From an uncultured Lachnospiraceae bacterium (GTDB lineage Bacteria; Bacillota; Clostridia; Lachnospirales; Lachnospiraceae): a DNA stretch of 64,000 nt. The DNA is taken from assembly GCA_947168155.1 (NCBI GenBank), contig CAMVKW010000006.1, positions 10,313 to 74,312 on the forward strand, read 5' to 3'. The notes beneath the pieces are model-generated. The model was not told the DNA's origin and made no database searches. It saw only the letters and a program-made list of their open reading frames with translations. A program made the position numbers and the translations under genes. Below are positions 11,394-20,412 of the stretch, one piece after another; the stretch's first letter is position 1; the number at the start of each line of letters is the position of its first letter.

Positions 11394-11918
11394 ATGGAAA
11401 CTTTAGAAGTGATGAAGAAACGTAGAAGTGTAAAGAGCTATAAGAGTGATCCAGTACCAAAGGAGCTTCTTGAAAAGATAGCTGCTGCTGGAACTTATGC
11501 ACCAAATGGTAAGGGTGCTCAGGCTGCAAAGATTATCGTTATTACAAATAAAGAGCTGAGAGACAGACTTTCAAAGCTGAATGCATCTATCATGGGTAAG
11601 GGTGAGGATTTTGATCCTTTCTACAATGCACCAGCTATCTTTGTTGTTCTTGCTGATAAGGACGTATTTACTTATGTATATGATGGTAGTGTGGTTCTTG
11701 AGAACCTTCAGCTTGCAGCTACTGATCTTGGTCTCGGTGCTTGCTGGATTCACAGAGCTAAACAGGAGTTCGAATCAGAAGAAGGAAAGGCAATCTTAGC
11801 TGAGCTCGGTATTGAAGGAAACTACGAAGGAATTGGCCACTGTGCAGTTGGTTACATTGATGGCGAGTATCCAGCAGAGAAGAAGATCAAGGATGACTAC
11901 GTAGTATGGGCTGAATAG
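11394..11918 (+). CDS. Nitroreductase family protein
   Basis: 174 aa with the N-terminal MKKRRSVKSYK motif typical of FMN nitroreductases. Confidence 0.85.
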   Translation: METLEVMKKRRSVKSYKSDPVPKELLEKIAAAGTYAPNGKGAQAAKIIVITNKELRDRLSKLNASIMGKGEDFDPFYNAPAIFVVLADKDVFTYVYDGSVVLENLQLAATDLGLGACWIHRAKQEFESEEGKAILAELGIEGNYEGIGHCAVGYIDGEYPAEKKIKDDYVVWAE

Positions 11919-11952
11919 TCATAAATATAATAAAAATACCTAAATATTTTGA

Positions 11953-11981
11953 TTGACATAGATTTACATAAGTGTTAGTAT
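11953..11981 (+). promoter_or_regulatory. Sigma-A-type promoter of the rplU-prp-rpmA operon
   Basis: TTGACA (11953-11958), a 17-nt spacer, then TAGTAT (11976-11981). Confidence 0.5.
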
Positions 11982-12074
11982 ATCGGAGTATGCCGCATAA
12001 CTAGGTAGGAAAGTTGCGCCCTTTTGTGGAGCACACCGAGGTTAGCGAGTTTGATAAGTTAGGAGGAAAAACTT
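11982..12074 (+). promoter_or_regulatory. 5' leader of rplU (possible L21-leader type autoregulatory RNA)
   Basis: An approximately 90-nt untranslated leader sits between the promoter and the rplU SD (AGGAGG), which is the position of the Firmicutes L21 leader. I could not verify the consensus by eye. Confidence 0.3.
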
Positions 12075-12386
12075 ATGTACGCTGTAATTGCAACAGGTGG
12101 AAAGCAGTACAAGGTAGCAGAGGGTGATATCATCAGAGTTGAGAAGTTAAACGCTGAGGATGGAGCTAAGGTAACATTTGATACAGTTATCGCTATCAAT
12201 GATGACAAGAATGTTCTTGTTGGAGATAAGGTAGCTAAGGCTAAGGTTGATGCTACAGTTCTTAAGACTGCTAAGGCTAAGAAAGTAACTGTTTACAAGT
12301 ATAAGCCTAAGAAAGGTTTCCACAAGAAGAATGGTCATAGACAGCCATTTACAGAAGTAAAGATTGAAGCTATTAAGACAAAATAA
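12075..12386 (+). CDS. rplU: 50S ribosomal protein L21
   Basis: 103 aa beginning [14 protein letters not shown]. Confidence 0.97.
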   Translation: MYAVIATGGKQYKVAEGDIIRVEKLNAEDGAKVTFDTVIAINDDKNVLVGDKVAKAKVDATVLKTAKAKKVTVYKYKPKKGFHKKNGHRQPFTEVKIEAIKTK

Positions 12387-12398
12387 GGGTTTTGATCA

Positions 12399-12731
12399 AT
12401 GATTAAAGCAATTTTCTACTCTAAGAACAACAAAGTATTTGGATTCAAGATAAAGGGTCACGCAGAATATGGATGCTGTGGCAAGGACGTTGTCTGTGCC
12501 GGTGTATCAGCTCTGGTTATCAATACTGTTAATTCTATTGAAGAATTCACAGAGGACTGTGTGGTTACTGAGGAATGCGAGGACGGTCTTGTAAGATTTA
12601 AGATCGTTGGAAAAGTTAGTTCACAGAGTAAACTGTTACTGAAGTCTCTTCGATTAGGACTTTGTTCTATATATGAAGAGTACGGAGATAAGTATATTCA
12701 GATATATTTTAGGGAGGTAAGTCATGTTTAA
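12399..12731 (+). CDS. prp: Ribosomal-processing cysteine protease Prp
   Basis: 110 aa located between rplU and rpmA, with conserved H/C residues (GHAEYG..., VVCAGVSAL). Confidence 0.9.
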   Translation: MIKAIFYSKNNKVFGFKIKGHAEYGCCGKDVVCAGVSALVINTVNSIEEFTEDCVVTEECEDGLVRFKIVGKVSSQSKLLLKSLRLGLCSIYEEYGDKYIQIYFREVSHV

Positions 12732-13008
12732 GATGAATTTACAGCTCTTCGCTCATAAGAAGGGAATGGGTTCTACAAAAAACGGTAGAGATTCTGCTTC
12801 TAAGAGACTCGGAGCTAAGCGTGCAGATGGCCAGTTCGTAAAGGCTGGTAATGTGCTTTATACACAGCGTGGAACAAAGATCCATCCAGGACTTAATGTT
12901 GGACGTGGCGGAGATGACACATTGTTCGCATTAACAGATGGAGTTGTTAGATACGAAAGACTTGGAAGAGATAGAAAACAGGTTTCTATCTATCCAGTAG
13001 CTGAGTAA
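12724..13008 (+). CDS. rpmA: 50S ribosomal protein L27 with N-terminal propeptide
   Basis: [10 protein letters not shown]|[14 protein letters not shown]. The Firmicutes-type N-terminal extension ahead of the Prp cleavage site is present. Confidence 0.97.
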   Translation: MFKMNLQLFAHKKGMGSTKNGRDSASKRLGAKRADGQFVKAGNVLYTQRGTKIHPGLNVGRGGDDTLFALTDGVVRYERLGRDRKQVSIYPVAE

Positions 13009-13025
13009 CTAATCATGTTTATTAT

Positions 13026-13060
13026 GGAGCTTTGTGAGAATCTCACAAGGCTCCTTTTTT
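13026..13060 (+). terminator. Rho-independent terminator after rpmA
   Basis: GGAGCTTTGTGAGA-A-TCTCACAAGGCTCC is followed by TTTTTT. Confidence 0.8.
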
Positions 13061-13067
13061 GTAATAA

Positions 13068-13090
13068 GTCACGGGACCGGGTCTCGTGAC
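13068..13090. repeat. GC-rich hairpin GTCACGGGACCGGGTCTCGTGAC
   Basis: A palindromic hairpin whose CGGGACC...GGGTCTCG core recurs at 18885-18909. Confidence 0.6.
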
Positions 13091-13129
13091 TCCAAGATGT
13101 GTCCCTTTTGACTTATTGAGGAGAATGCT

Positions 13130-14434
13130 ATGGCAAATGTATTTGCGGATAGAGCGAAGATCTATGTCAGATCCGGAAAAGGTGGCGATGGCCATGTTTC
13201 CTTCCGTCGTGAGCTTTATGTTCCAAATGGTGGACCAGACGGTGGAGATGGTGGAAAAGGTGGAGATGTCATCTTTGTTGTAGATCAGGGTCTTAACACT
13301 CTGTCGGATTTCAAAAATATAAGAAAATATAAGGCTGGAGATGGTCAGGAAGGTGGCAAGAAAAGATGCCACGGAGCTAACGGCAAGGATATTGTGATCA
13401 AAGTCCCTCCTGGAACTGTTATCAAAGATTATGATACGGGCAAGGTCATAATAGACATGGCTGATAGAGAAGAACCATTTGTACTTCTTGAAGGTGGTCG
13501 TGGTGGTAAAGGTAATCAGCATTATGCTACAAGTACCATGCAGGCACCTCGTTATGCTCAGCCAGGCCAGATAGCTATTGAAAAGACATTAGTTCTTGAG
13601 CTTAAGATGATAGCCGATGTAGGACTTGTTGGATTCCCAAGCGTTGGAAAATCCACAATTCTTTCTAAGGTTTCAAATGCGAGGCCTAAGATAGCTGACT
13701 ATCACTTTACAACTCTTGTTCCGAATCTTGGTGTTGTAGGTCTTAGTGATGGAAGAGGCTTTGTAATGGCCGATATTCCTGGAATCATTGAGGGCGCAGC
13801 TGAAGGTGTTGGACTTGGTCTTGATTTCCTCAAGCATATTGAAAGAACAAGGGTTCTTCTTCATGTAGTAGATGCTGCTTCAGTTGAAGGAAGAGACCCT
13901 ATTGCAGATATAGAAGCCATTACCGAAGAACTTCGAAATTATAGTGAGGAGCTGGCATCCAGACCTACTATTATAGTAGCTAATAAACTGGATGTGCTTT
14001 CTCAGGAAGATAGAGAAGAAGTTTTAAAGAAGCTTAAGGATAAGTTTGAACCGGATATTCCTGTTCTTGCTATTTCTGCGGCAACAGGTGAAGGAATTAA
14101 AGAAATGCTTGAAGTTGCTTATAAAACACTTCAAACAGCCCCAGATACTGTTATGGAATTCAATCCTGAGATTTCACTTGAAGAATACAATTCTCGTGTT
14201 GAAGAGCTTCCATATACAGTTGAAAGATCCGAAGATGATGAACATGTATTCCTGGTTGAAGGACCTCGTATTGAAAGAATGCTAGGTTATACCAACCTTG
14301 AAGATAACAAAGGATTCAAATTCTTCCAGGACTTCATGGTTAAAAATGGAATTATCGATGAACTTAAAGCTTTGGGTATCCAGGAAGGTGATGAAGTCCG
14401 CGTATATGGTTGGGGCTTTGAGTATATCGAATAA
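13130..14434 (+). CDS. obg: GTPase Obg/CgtA
   Basis: 434 aa with a glycine-rich Obg fold (GGDGGKGGD), G domain motifs GFPSVGKST, DIPG and NKLD, and a C-terminal OCT domain. Confidence 0.97.
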   Translation: MANVFADRAKIYVRSGKGGDGHVSFRRELYVPNGGPDGGDGGKGGDVIFVVDQGLNTLSDFKNIRKYKAGDGQEGGKKRCHGANGKDIVIKVPPGTVIKDYDTGKVIIDMADREEPFVLLEGGRGGKGNQHYATSTMQAPRYAQPGQIAIEKTLVLELKMIADVGLVGFPSVGKSTILSKVSNARPKIADYHFTTLVPNLGVVGLSDGRGFVMADIPGIIEGAAEGVGLGLDFLKHIERTRVLLHVVDAASVEGRDPIADIEAITEELRNYSEELASRPTIIVANKLDVLSQEDREEVLKKLKDKFEPDIPVLAISAATGEGIKEMLEVAYKTLQTAPDTVMEFNPEISLEEYNSRVEELPYTVERSEDDEHVFLVEGPRIERMLGYTNLEDNKGFKFFQDFMVKNGIIDELKALGIQEGDEVRVYGWGFEYIE

Positions 14435-14442
14435 CAATTAAT

Positions 14443-14604
14443 ATTTGCAGTATATCTACAGTATAAAATGCTGCAATAAAACTTGTTTTATATGCAGTAT
14501 TTTTATACTGTAGATTATCTCGAAGAGATAATCTAAACGGCACGAGGAAAACGGGAGCACGATTAGTGCGGGTTTTCCGAGCATAGTTTAGATATACTGC
14601 AAAT
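14443..14604. repeat. 162-nt nested palindromic, multi-branch structured element (unknown class)
   Basis: A perfect 14-bp closing inverted repeat (14443-14456 with 14591-14604) encloses a perfect 12-bp helix (14457-14468 with 14501-14512) capping a hairpin. It also encloses a perfect 9-bp hairpin (14513-14533) and a GC-rich hairpin (14546-14578). Confidence 0.6.
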
Positions 14605-14622
14605 TAAAAAAAGGAGTTAATT

Positions 14623-14940
14623 ATGACAACAAAAGAAAGAGCTTTTCTTAAGGGCCTGGCTCAGACAATCGATCCTGTTCTTTCTCTCGGAAAGGCCAGC
14701 CTCACACCTGAGTTTGTAGATGCTACAGCAGAAGCACTTAAGGCAAGAGAACTTATAAAAGTAAACGTATTAAAGAATTGTATAGATGATCCCCATACAC
14801 TTGCTATAACTCTTGGAGAACGTACACGTTCTGAGGTTGTACAGGTTATTGGTAGAAAAATTGTTTTATACAAGAGAAATAATGAAAATACAAAAATATA
14901 TTTCCCTGGGGAAAAGGTGAAGCCAAATGGTAAGAAATAA
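14623..14940 (+). CDS. yhbY: RNA-binding protein YhbY (CRM domain)
   Basis: 105 aa with the start LKGLAQTIDPVLSLGKASLT and the motif VVQVIGRKIVLYK. Confidence 0.9.
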   Translation: MTTKERAFLKGLAQTIDPVLSLGKASLTPEFVDATAEALKARELIKVNVLKNCIDDPHTLAITLGERTRSEVVQVIGRKIVLYKRNNENTKIYFPGEKVKPNGKK

Positions 14941-15580
14941 TAATGAGCATTACTACACGGTTGCTGAATCATTTGGTGATATAGCCATTCTTGGCGGTTC
15001 TTTTAACCCAATTCATTCAGGACATATTGAGATGGCTGAAACAGCTCACCGTCAGCTTGGTCTTAAAGTAGTTCTTATACCTAATAAGACTACCTACTAT
15101 AAGGAAAATAAGGTTTTTGCTCCTGATGAGGACAGACTGAACATGCTTGAGCTTGTGGCTAGTCAATATCCATATGTTTATTACACTGATCTTGAGATAA
15201 TTCGAGGTGGAGTAACTCATACTGTAGATACGATCAGAGATTTTCATGAATCTGATCCTGAAAGAACTATTTATTTCATTATTGGTGGAGACAGTCTGGA
15301 GTGGGTTGATAAATGGGTAGATGCAGAAGAGTTGCTTAGAACAGTGCATTTCCTTACTGCTGTTCGAGGAACTACTGATAGGGAAAGAACCCAGGAAATA
15401 ATTAATAGATTAAAGAAAGACTATCCTCAGTCAAGGTTTACAATACTTGATATGGATGAAACGCCTATATCTTCATCAGATATCAGACAGCGAATTGAAA
15501 GTGGACAAAGTATTGATGGCCTTGTGCCTGACTATATAAAAGATTATATTACAAAGAATAATCTATATAAGGGAGAATGA
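14927..15580 (+). CDS. nadD: Nicotinate-nucleotide adenylyltransferase
   Basis: Contains GGSFNPIHSGH (the (H/T)IGH-type motif) and ISSSDIR. It overlaps the yhbY end by 14 nt. Confidence 0.92.
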   Translation: MVRNNNEHYYTVAESFGDIAILGGSFNPIHSGHIEMAETAHRQLGLKVVLIPNKTTYYKENKVFAPDEDRLNMLELVASQYPYVYYTDLEIIRGGVTHTVDTIRDFHESDPERTIYFIIGGDSLEWVDKWVDAEELLRTVHFLTAVRGTTDRERTQEIINRLKKDYPQSRFTILDMDETPISSSDIRQRIESGQSIDGLVPDYIKDYITKNNLYKGE

Positions 15581-15582
15581 TC

Positions 15583-16152
15583 ATGGATAGAGCTGAAATG
15601 ATTGAAAAGCTTAAGAAAAAGCTTAATGAAAAGAGATTTGTTCATACTATTGGTGTTGAATATACAGCAGCAAACCTTGCCTTTGTTCATGGATGCGACA
15701 TTAAAAAGGCAAGAATAGCAGGGCTTTTACATGACTGTGCCAAATGCATTCCTACGGAGGAAAAGCTTAAGAAAGCTAAAAAGTTTGGACTTCCAATAAG
15801 TCAGAGCGAAAAAGCAAACCCTGACTTACTTCACGGCAAGCTTGGCGCTTATTACGCAAAAGAAAAGTATGGGATTGATGATGAAGATATTCTTTCAGCA
15901 ATTACGTACCATACAACTGGTAAGCCGGAAATGTCCATGCTGGATAAGATTATTTTTGTAGCTGACTATATAGAGCCAAATAGAAAGATGATCAGAGATC
16001 TTTCTGAAATCAGAAGAGAGGCTTATTCAGATATAGATAAATGCGTCATTCACATTCTAAAGAATACTCTTGAATATCTGGATGGCGGAAAAGCCGTTGT
16101 TGATGAAATGACAAAGAAGACATATGAGTTTTATATGAAAGGTAAGAAATGA
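15583..16152 (+). CDS. yqeK: HD-domain bis(5'-nucleosyl)-tetraphosphatase YqeK
   Basis: Carries the HD motif (LLHDCAK) and follows nadD as in B. subtilis. ATG 15583 has better SD spacing than ATG 15577. Confidence 0.86.
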   Translation: MDRAEMIEKLKKKLNEKRFVHTIGVEYTAANLAFVHGCDIKKARIAGLLHDCAKCIPTEEKLKKAKKFGLPISQSEKANPDLLHGKLGAYYAKEKYGIDDEDILSAITYHTTGKPEMSMLDKIIFVADYIEPNRKMIRDLSEIRREAYSDIDKCVIHILKNTLEYLDGGKAVVDEMTKKTYEFYMKGKK

Positions 16153-16490
16153 AGACAGAAGAAAAAATGCTAGAAATATCTGTAAATGCACTCCAGGATA
16201 AGCTGGCTAAGGATGTGGTTGTGCTTCACGTTGGAGAAGCTACAGTTATTACAGATTATTTTGTTATCGCTACTGGTAATAGTAAATCTCAAATAGATGC
16301 AATGGTAGACGGTGTTGAGGAAGCTATGAAGGATGCAGGATATGATCTTAAGCTTCGTGAAGGAAAGTCTATCGGTGGATGGGTTCTTCTGGATTATTAT
16401 GATGTTGTAATCCACATTTTCAGCCCTGAAATGAGAGAGTTTTACAGCTTAGACAGTACATGGCGAGATGTAGAAAGAATAGATTATTAA
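16149..16490 (+). CDS. rsfS: Ribosome silencing factor RsfS
   Basis: 113 aa with the motifs TDYFVIATGNS and WVLLDYYDVVIHIF. Confidence 0.92.
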   Translation: MKTEEKMLEISVNALQDKLAKDVVVLHVGEATVITDYFVIATGNSKSQIDAMVDGVEEAMKDAGYDLKLREGKSIGGWVLLDYYDVVIHIFSPEMREFYSLDSTWRDVERIDY

Positions 16491-16599
16491 TTAGTTCAAA
16501 GATAGGCTCAGTTTGTTGATTTATTGGGCTTAAAATAGTATAATGTTTAGTCGGTTAATCATGACTAAGTGAACAATGATTATAAGTGTGGGGCAGGAT

Positions 16600-16935
16600 A
16601 TGTTTAGAGCAGTAAATGAGTACATGGCAAAACTTAACATCGTTACTGACGATGGCATTCAGAGTGCTATGAGTACTTTCCTGGAGAAATCCAAGAAGGT
16701 TGAGAGTTTCTGCATTAATATCAATTACAATCGCTACATAGTTGATATTAAAATGAAGAAATATACTGTTGGAGCCGCTGATCAATTATTCAGAAAATTC
16801 GTAGAGGCTACTGCCTATCCTTATTCTCACATTTCCGTACGATACAACGAGGAAAATAGAGTACGATATAGATACTCCACATGTCAGGAGAACAAGACTG
16901 GAGTATATATGGATATAATTATCTCCCAGTCATAG
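16600..16935 (+). CDS. Hypothetical small protein
   Basis: The ORF is open from 16576. ATG 16600 is preceded by GGGGCAGGA. I recognise no motif. It ends 12 nt before hisZ, and a TATAAT-type promoter lies at about 16515-16550. Confidence 0.4.
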   Translation: MFRAVNEYMAKLNIVTDDGIQSAMSTFLEKSKKVESFCININYNRYIVDIKMKKYTVGAADQLFRKFVEATAYPYSHISVRYNEENRVRYRYSTCQENKTGVYMDIIISQS

Positions 16936-16947
16936 AAAGGATTCATT

Positions 16948-18207
16948 ATGAGAGAAACAATGCTTTCAACACCTGAGGGAATCAGAGATATTTACGGCCT
17001 GGAGTGCGAGAGAAAACATGCAGTTCTTGCAGCAATGGAAAATGTACTCCATCTTTATGGCAATAAGGATATTGAGACTCCTACATTTGAATATTTTGGC
17101 ATTTTCAATGCAGACAGAGGTTCAGCTCCATCAAATGAAATGTATAAATTCTTTGACAGAGATAATAACACTCTTGTACTTAGACCTGACTTCACACCAA
17201 GTGTTGCAAGATGCGTTGCTAAATATTTCGCAGACGAAGAACTTCCTATCCGTCTTTGCTACAAAGGTAAGACCTTTGCCAGCACAGAAAAACACCAGGG
17301 TAAACTTGCTGAGATTACACAAGTAGGAAGCGAACTCATAAATGATGACAGCTCAGCCGCAGATGCTGAAACAATTGCCTGCGTTATTGACTGTCTTAAA
17401 GCAGCTGGTCTTAAAGAATTCCAGATAGAAATCGGCGAAGTTGATTTCTTCAAGGGAATCATTGAAGAAGCAAACCTCGATGCTGATACAGAAGAAAAAA
17501 TCAGAGACTACATTCAGATTAAGAACTTCTTTGGCCTTTCAGAGTTCATTTCCGAACTTGATATGTCCGAAGAAATAAAAGAAGACCTTAATTCATTATC
17601 ATCATTATTCGGTGGCCTGGATGCCCTCGACAAAGCTGAGAGCATTACAAAAAGCCCTCGCGCCCTTGAGGCAATCGACAGACTCCGTAAGGTCTATACA
17701 GCACTTTCATATTATGAATATCAGGAATATGTAAGCTTCGACCTTTCAATGATCAATGGCTACGATTATTACACTGGAATCGTATTCAGCGGTTACACTT
17801 ACGGAACAGGAAACCCAATCGTGAAGGGCGGTAGATACAATAACCTTCTTTCCCAGTTTGGAAAAGATGCCCCATCAATCGGATTTTCCATCTATGTGGA
17901 TGAACTTATGAACGGTATTACTCGTCAGAACATCCCATTTGAGAGAACTACAAAATGTGCCCTTATCGTATATACAATTGAGAATCAAGCGAGCGCACTC
18001 AGACTTGCTCAAAGCTTACGTGAGAAAGATATAATCACTCAGCTGATCCGTAAGTCTAAGAGACATGATGAAGACGAATATATGAGATACTCTGACGTAT
18101 ATGATGCTGGACGCGTTTATATACTTCAGGACGACTCAAACGTTCGCATTATAAGTGATGATAGAAGTGTTGATGAGATCAGAGATATAAATGATCTTGT
18201 TATCTAG
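16948..18207 (+). CDS. hisZ: ATP phosphoribosyltransferase regulatory subunit HisZ
   Basis: 419-aa HisRS paralogue (LRPDFTPSVAR, motif-3-like GGRYNNL) immediately upstream of a short-form hisG. Confidence 0.88.
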   Translation: MRETMLSTPEGIRDIYGLECERKHAVLAAMENVLHLYGNKDIETPTFEYFGIFNADRGSAPSNEMYKFFDRDNNTLVLRPDFTPSVARCVAKYFADEELPIRLCYKGKTFASTEKHQGKLAEITQVGSELINDDSSAADAETIACVIDCLKAAGLKEFQIEIGEVDFFKGIIEEANLDADTEEKIRDYIQIKNFFGLSEFISELDMSEEIKEDLNSLSSLFGGLDALDKAESITKSPRALEAIDRLRKVYTALSYYEYQEYVSFDLSMINGYDYYTGIVFSGYTYGTGNPIVKGGRYNNLLSQFGKDAPSIGFSIYVDELMNGITRQNIPFERTTKCALIVYTIENQASALRLAQSLREKDIITQLIRKSKRHDEDEYMRYSDVYDAGRVYILQDDSNVRIISDDRSVDEIRDINDLVI

Positions 18208-18216
18208 GAGGAATAG

Positions 18217-18861
18217 ATGAGATACCTTACATTTGCTCTTGCAAAGGGCAGACTTGCAAAAGAGACACTGAAGCTTCTTGAGAAGATAGGAATTACTTGC
18301 GAGGAGATTAACGATCCAAAGACAAGAAAACTTATCTTCCAGAATGATGAACTGGGAGTTAGATTCTTCCTTTCTAAGCCTAGCGATGTACCAACATATG
18401 TAGAATACGGAGTCGCAGATATAGGAGTTGTTGGAAGAGATACACTGCTTGAAGAAGGCAGAAATCTTTACGAAGTTCTTGATCTCGGCTTTGGAAAATG
18501 CAGGATGTGTGTCTGCGGACCAGAATCAGCCAGAGAACTCCTGACAAAGAACGAAATCATTCGTGTTGCCAGCAAATACCCAAATATCGCAAAGAACTAC
18601 TTCAAAGAGAAGAAGAATCAAACAGTCGAAATCATCAAGCTCAACGGTTCTGTGGAGCTTGCTCCAATCGTAGGACTGTCCGAAGTAATCGTCGACATTG
18701 TCGAAACTGGTTCGACCCTAAAAGAGAATGGACTCACAGTCCTTGAAGAAATAACAGATCTCAGCGCTCGTGTCGTTGTTAACCAGGTTAGTCTTCGTAT
18801 GGAACACGAACGAATAAATAAACTTTTAAAAGAACTTAAAGCAGTATTAGAAACTACATAA
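18217..18861 (+). CDS. hisG: ATP phosphoribosyltransferase, short form
   Basis: 214 aa with the start LTFALAKGRL and the motif DIVETGSTLKENGL. Confidence 0.95.
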   Translation: MRYLTFALAKGRLAKETLKLLEKIGITCEEINDPKTRKLIFQNDELGVRFFLSKPSDVPTYVEYGVADIGVVGRDTLLEEGRNLYEVLDLGFGKCRMCVCGPESARELLTKNEIIRVASKYPNIAKNYFKEKKNQTVEIIKLNGSVELAPIVGLSEVIVDIVETGSTLKENGLTVLEEITDLSARVVVNQVSLRMEHERINKLLKELKAVLETT

Positions 18862-19054
18862 TGCCGCAATAAATCAAAACATGTTCGGGACCGTCGCGGG
18901 TCTCGGTGCTTAGCGATTCACGAGCCTGAAAGGCGAAGTGAGAGCTTAGCAAGCCGAAGCTTCTTTTCGAAGAAAGGAAGCCGGCGTCCGCTAGGGGCTA
19001 GCCCGCGCCGAGCGGAAGCGATGTCACGATACATGTTGTTGATTTATAAGGCAT
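18861..19054. repeat. 194-nt GC-rich structured element bounded by a 24-nt imperfect inverted repeat, inside the his operon
   Basis: ATGCCGCAATAAATCAAAACATGT (18861-18884) pairs with ACATGTTGTTGATTTATAAGGCAT (19031-19054). The core is far more GC-rich than its surroundings, full of palindromes (for example GGGCTAGCCC), and holds no ORF. Confidence 0.55.
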
Positions 19055-19100
19055 TCACATATTTACTTACACATTTATTATTCAATCAGAGGACTTAATT

Positions 19101-20390
19101 ATGAGAATTGTAAAACTTACAAGCGAAACAAAAAATAAGTTAATGAGCGATCTGCTCAAGAGAACCACCGACGATTACGGCGAGCAGGAGCTTATCGTTA
19201 AGGAGATAATCAAGAACGTTCACGATAATGGCGACGCCGCTCTCTTTGAGTATACAAAGAAGTTTGATAAGGCTGATATAAATGCTGATAATATCAAGGT
19301 TACCGATGCCGAGATTGAAGAAGCATACGGTCAGGTTGATGGTGATCTGATTGAGGTTATCAGAAAAGCTATCATGAATATTAGTGATTTCCATGAACTA
19401 CAGAAGAGAAACAGTTGGATCAACACTTATGAGAATGGCTCTGTACTTGGCCAGCGTGTAACTCCAATTGAATCAGCTGGCGTTTATGTACCAGGTGGAA
19501 AGGCAGCTTATCCATCCACAGTTCTTATGAATGTTCTTCCTGCTAAGGTTGCTGGTGTTTCAAGAATTGTAATGACAACTCCTTGTAATGCAGAAGGTAA
19601 GGTTTATCCTACAACTCTTGTAGCAGCTAAAGAAGCTGGCGTTCAGGATATTTATAAGGTTGGTGGAGCTCAGGCTATCGCAGCTCTCGCTTATGGAACA
19701 GAGAGCATTCCTAAAGTAGATAAGATTGTTGGACCTGGAAATATTTTCGTAGCTATAGCTAAGAGACTTGTTTATGGACATGTTTCAATAGATTCCATAG
19801 CTGGTCCTTCTGAGATTCTTGTTCTTGCTGATGAGACAGCCACACCAAAGTATGTTGCAGCTGACCTTCTTTCACAAGCAGAGCATGATGAACTTGCTTC
19901 AGCAACTCTTGTTACTACAAGCGAAAAGCTTGCAAACGAAGTTTCTGAGTGGGTTGATAAGTTCACAGCTGAGCTGTCACGTAAGGAGATAATTCAGAAG
20001 TCACTCGATAATTTTGGAAATATATTCGTTGCTGATACAATGGCAGATGCTATCGATGCTACAAACGAAATAGCACCAGAGCATCTTGAAATATTAACTG
20101 CTAATCCTTGGGAGACAATGACTCATATTAAGAATGCAGGAGCAATCTTCCTTGGTGAGTATTCTTCAGAACCACTTGGCGATTATTTTGCTGGTCCTAA
20201 CCATGTACTTCCTACAAATGGTACAGCAAGATTCTTTTCACCACTTGGCGTTGATGATTTCATTAAGAAATCAAGTATTATTTGTTATTCAGAGGATGCT
20301 CTTAAGGCAGTACATACTGATATTGAGGCGTTTGCTAAGGCTGAGGGTCTTACAGCTCACGCTAATTCAATAGCTGTTAGATTTGAGTAA
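19101..20390 (+). CDS. hisD: Histidinol dehydrogenase
   Basis: 429 aa with the motifs GGAQAIAALAYGT, QAEHDE and PEHLE. Confidence 0.97.
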   Translation: MRIVKLTSETKNKLMSDLLKRTTDDYGEQELIVKEIIKNVHDNGDAALFEYTKKFDKADINADNIKVTDAEIEEAYGQVDGDLIEVIRKAIMNISDFHELQKRNSWINTYENGSVLGQRVTPIESAGVYVPGGKAAYPSTVLMNVLPAKVAGVSRIVMTTPCNAEGKVYPTTLVAAKEAGVQDIYKVGGAQAIAALAYGTESIPKVDKIVGPGNIFVAIAKRLVYGHVSIDSIAGPSEILVLADETATPKYVAADLLSQAEHDELASATLVTTSEKLANEVSEWVDKFTAELSRKEIIQKSLDNFGNIFVADTMADAIDATNEIAPEHLEILTANPWETMTHIKNAGAIFLGEYSSEPLGDYFAGPNHVLPTNGTARFFSPLGVDDFIKKSSIICYSEDALKAVHTDIEAFAKAEGLTAHANSIAVRFE

Positions 20391-20412
20391 ACAGTAGGTT
20401 TAGGAGGTTAAT

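Noticed and set aside
13043-13522. 159-aa ORF antisense to obg. Similar long antisense ORFs occur at 36580-37173, 40009-40665, 53227-53703 and 57313-57837.
   Set aside because: All lie fully inside well-supported genes on the opposite strand. They have low-complexity, hydrophobic or stop-poor shadow-frame composition and no SD, so they are typical codon-bias shadows.
16491-16947. Possible T-box or attenuator leader upstream of hisZ, and likewise upstream of alaS (21869-21963).
   Set aside because: I could not find a T-box consensus (the conserved T-box sequence and its terminator/antiterminator alternative) or a His-rich leader peptide. The alaS spacer is too short and is occupied by terminator hairpins.
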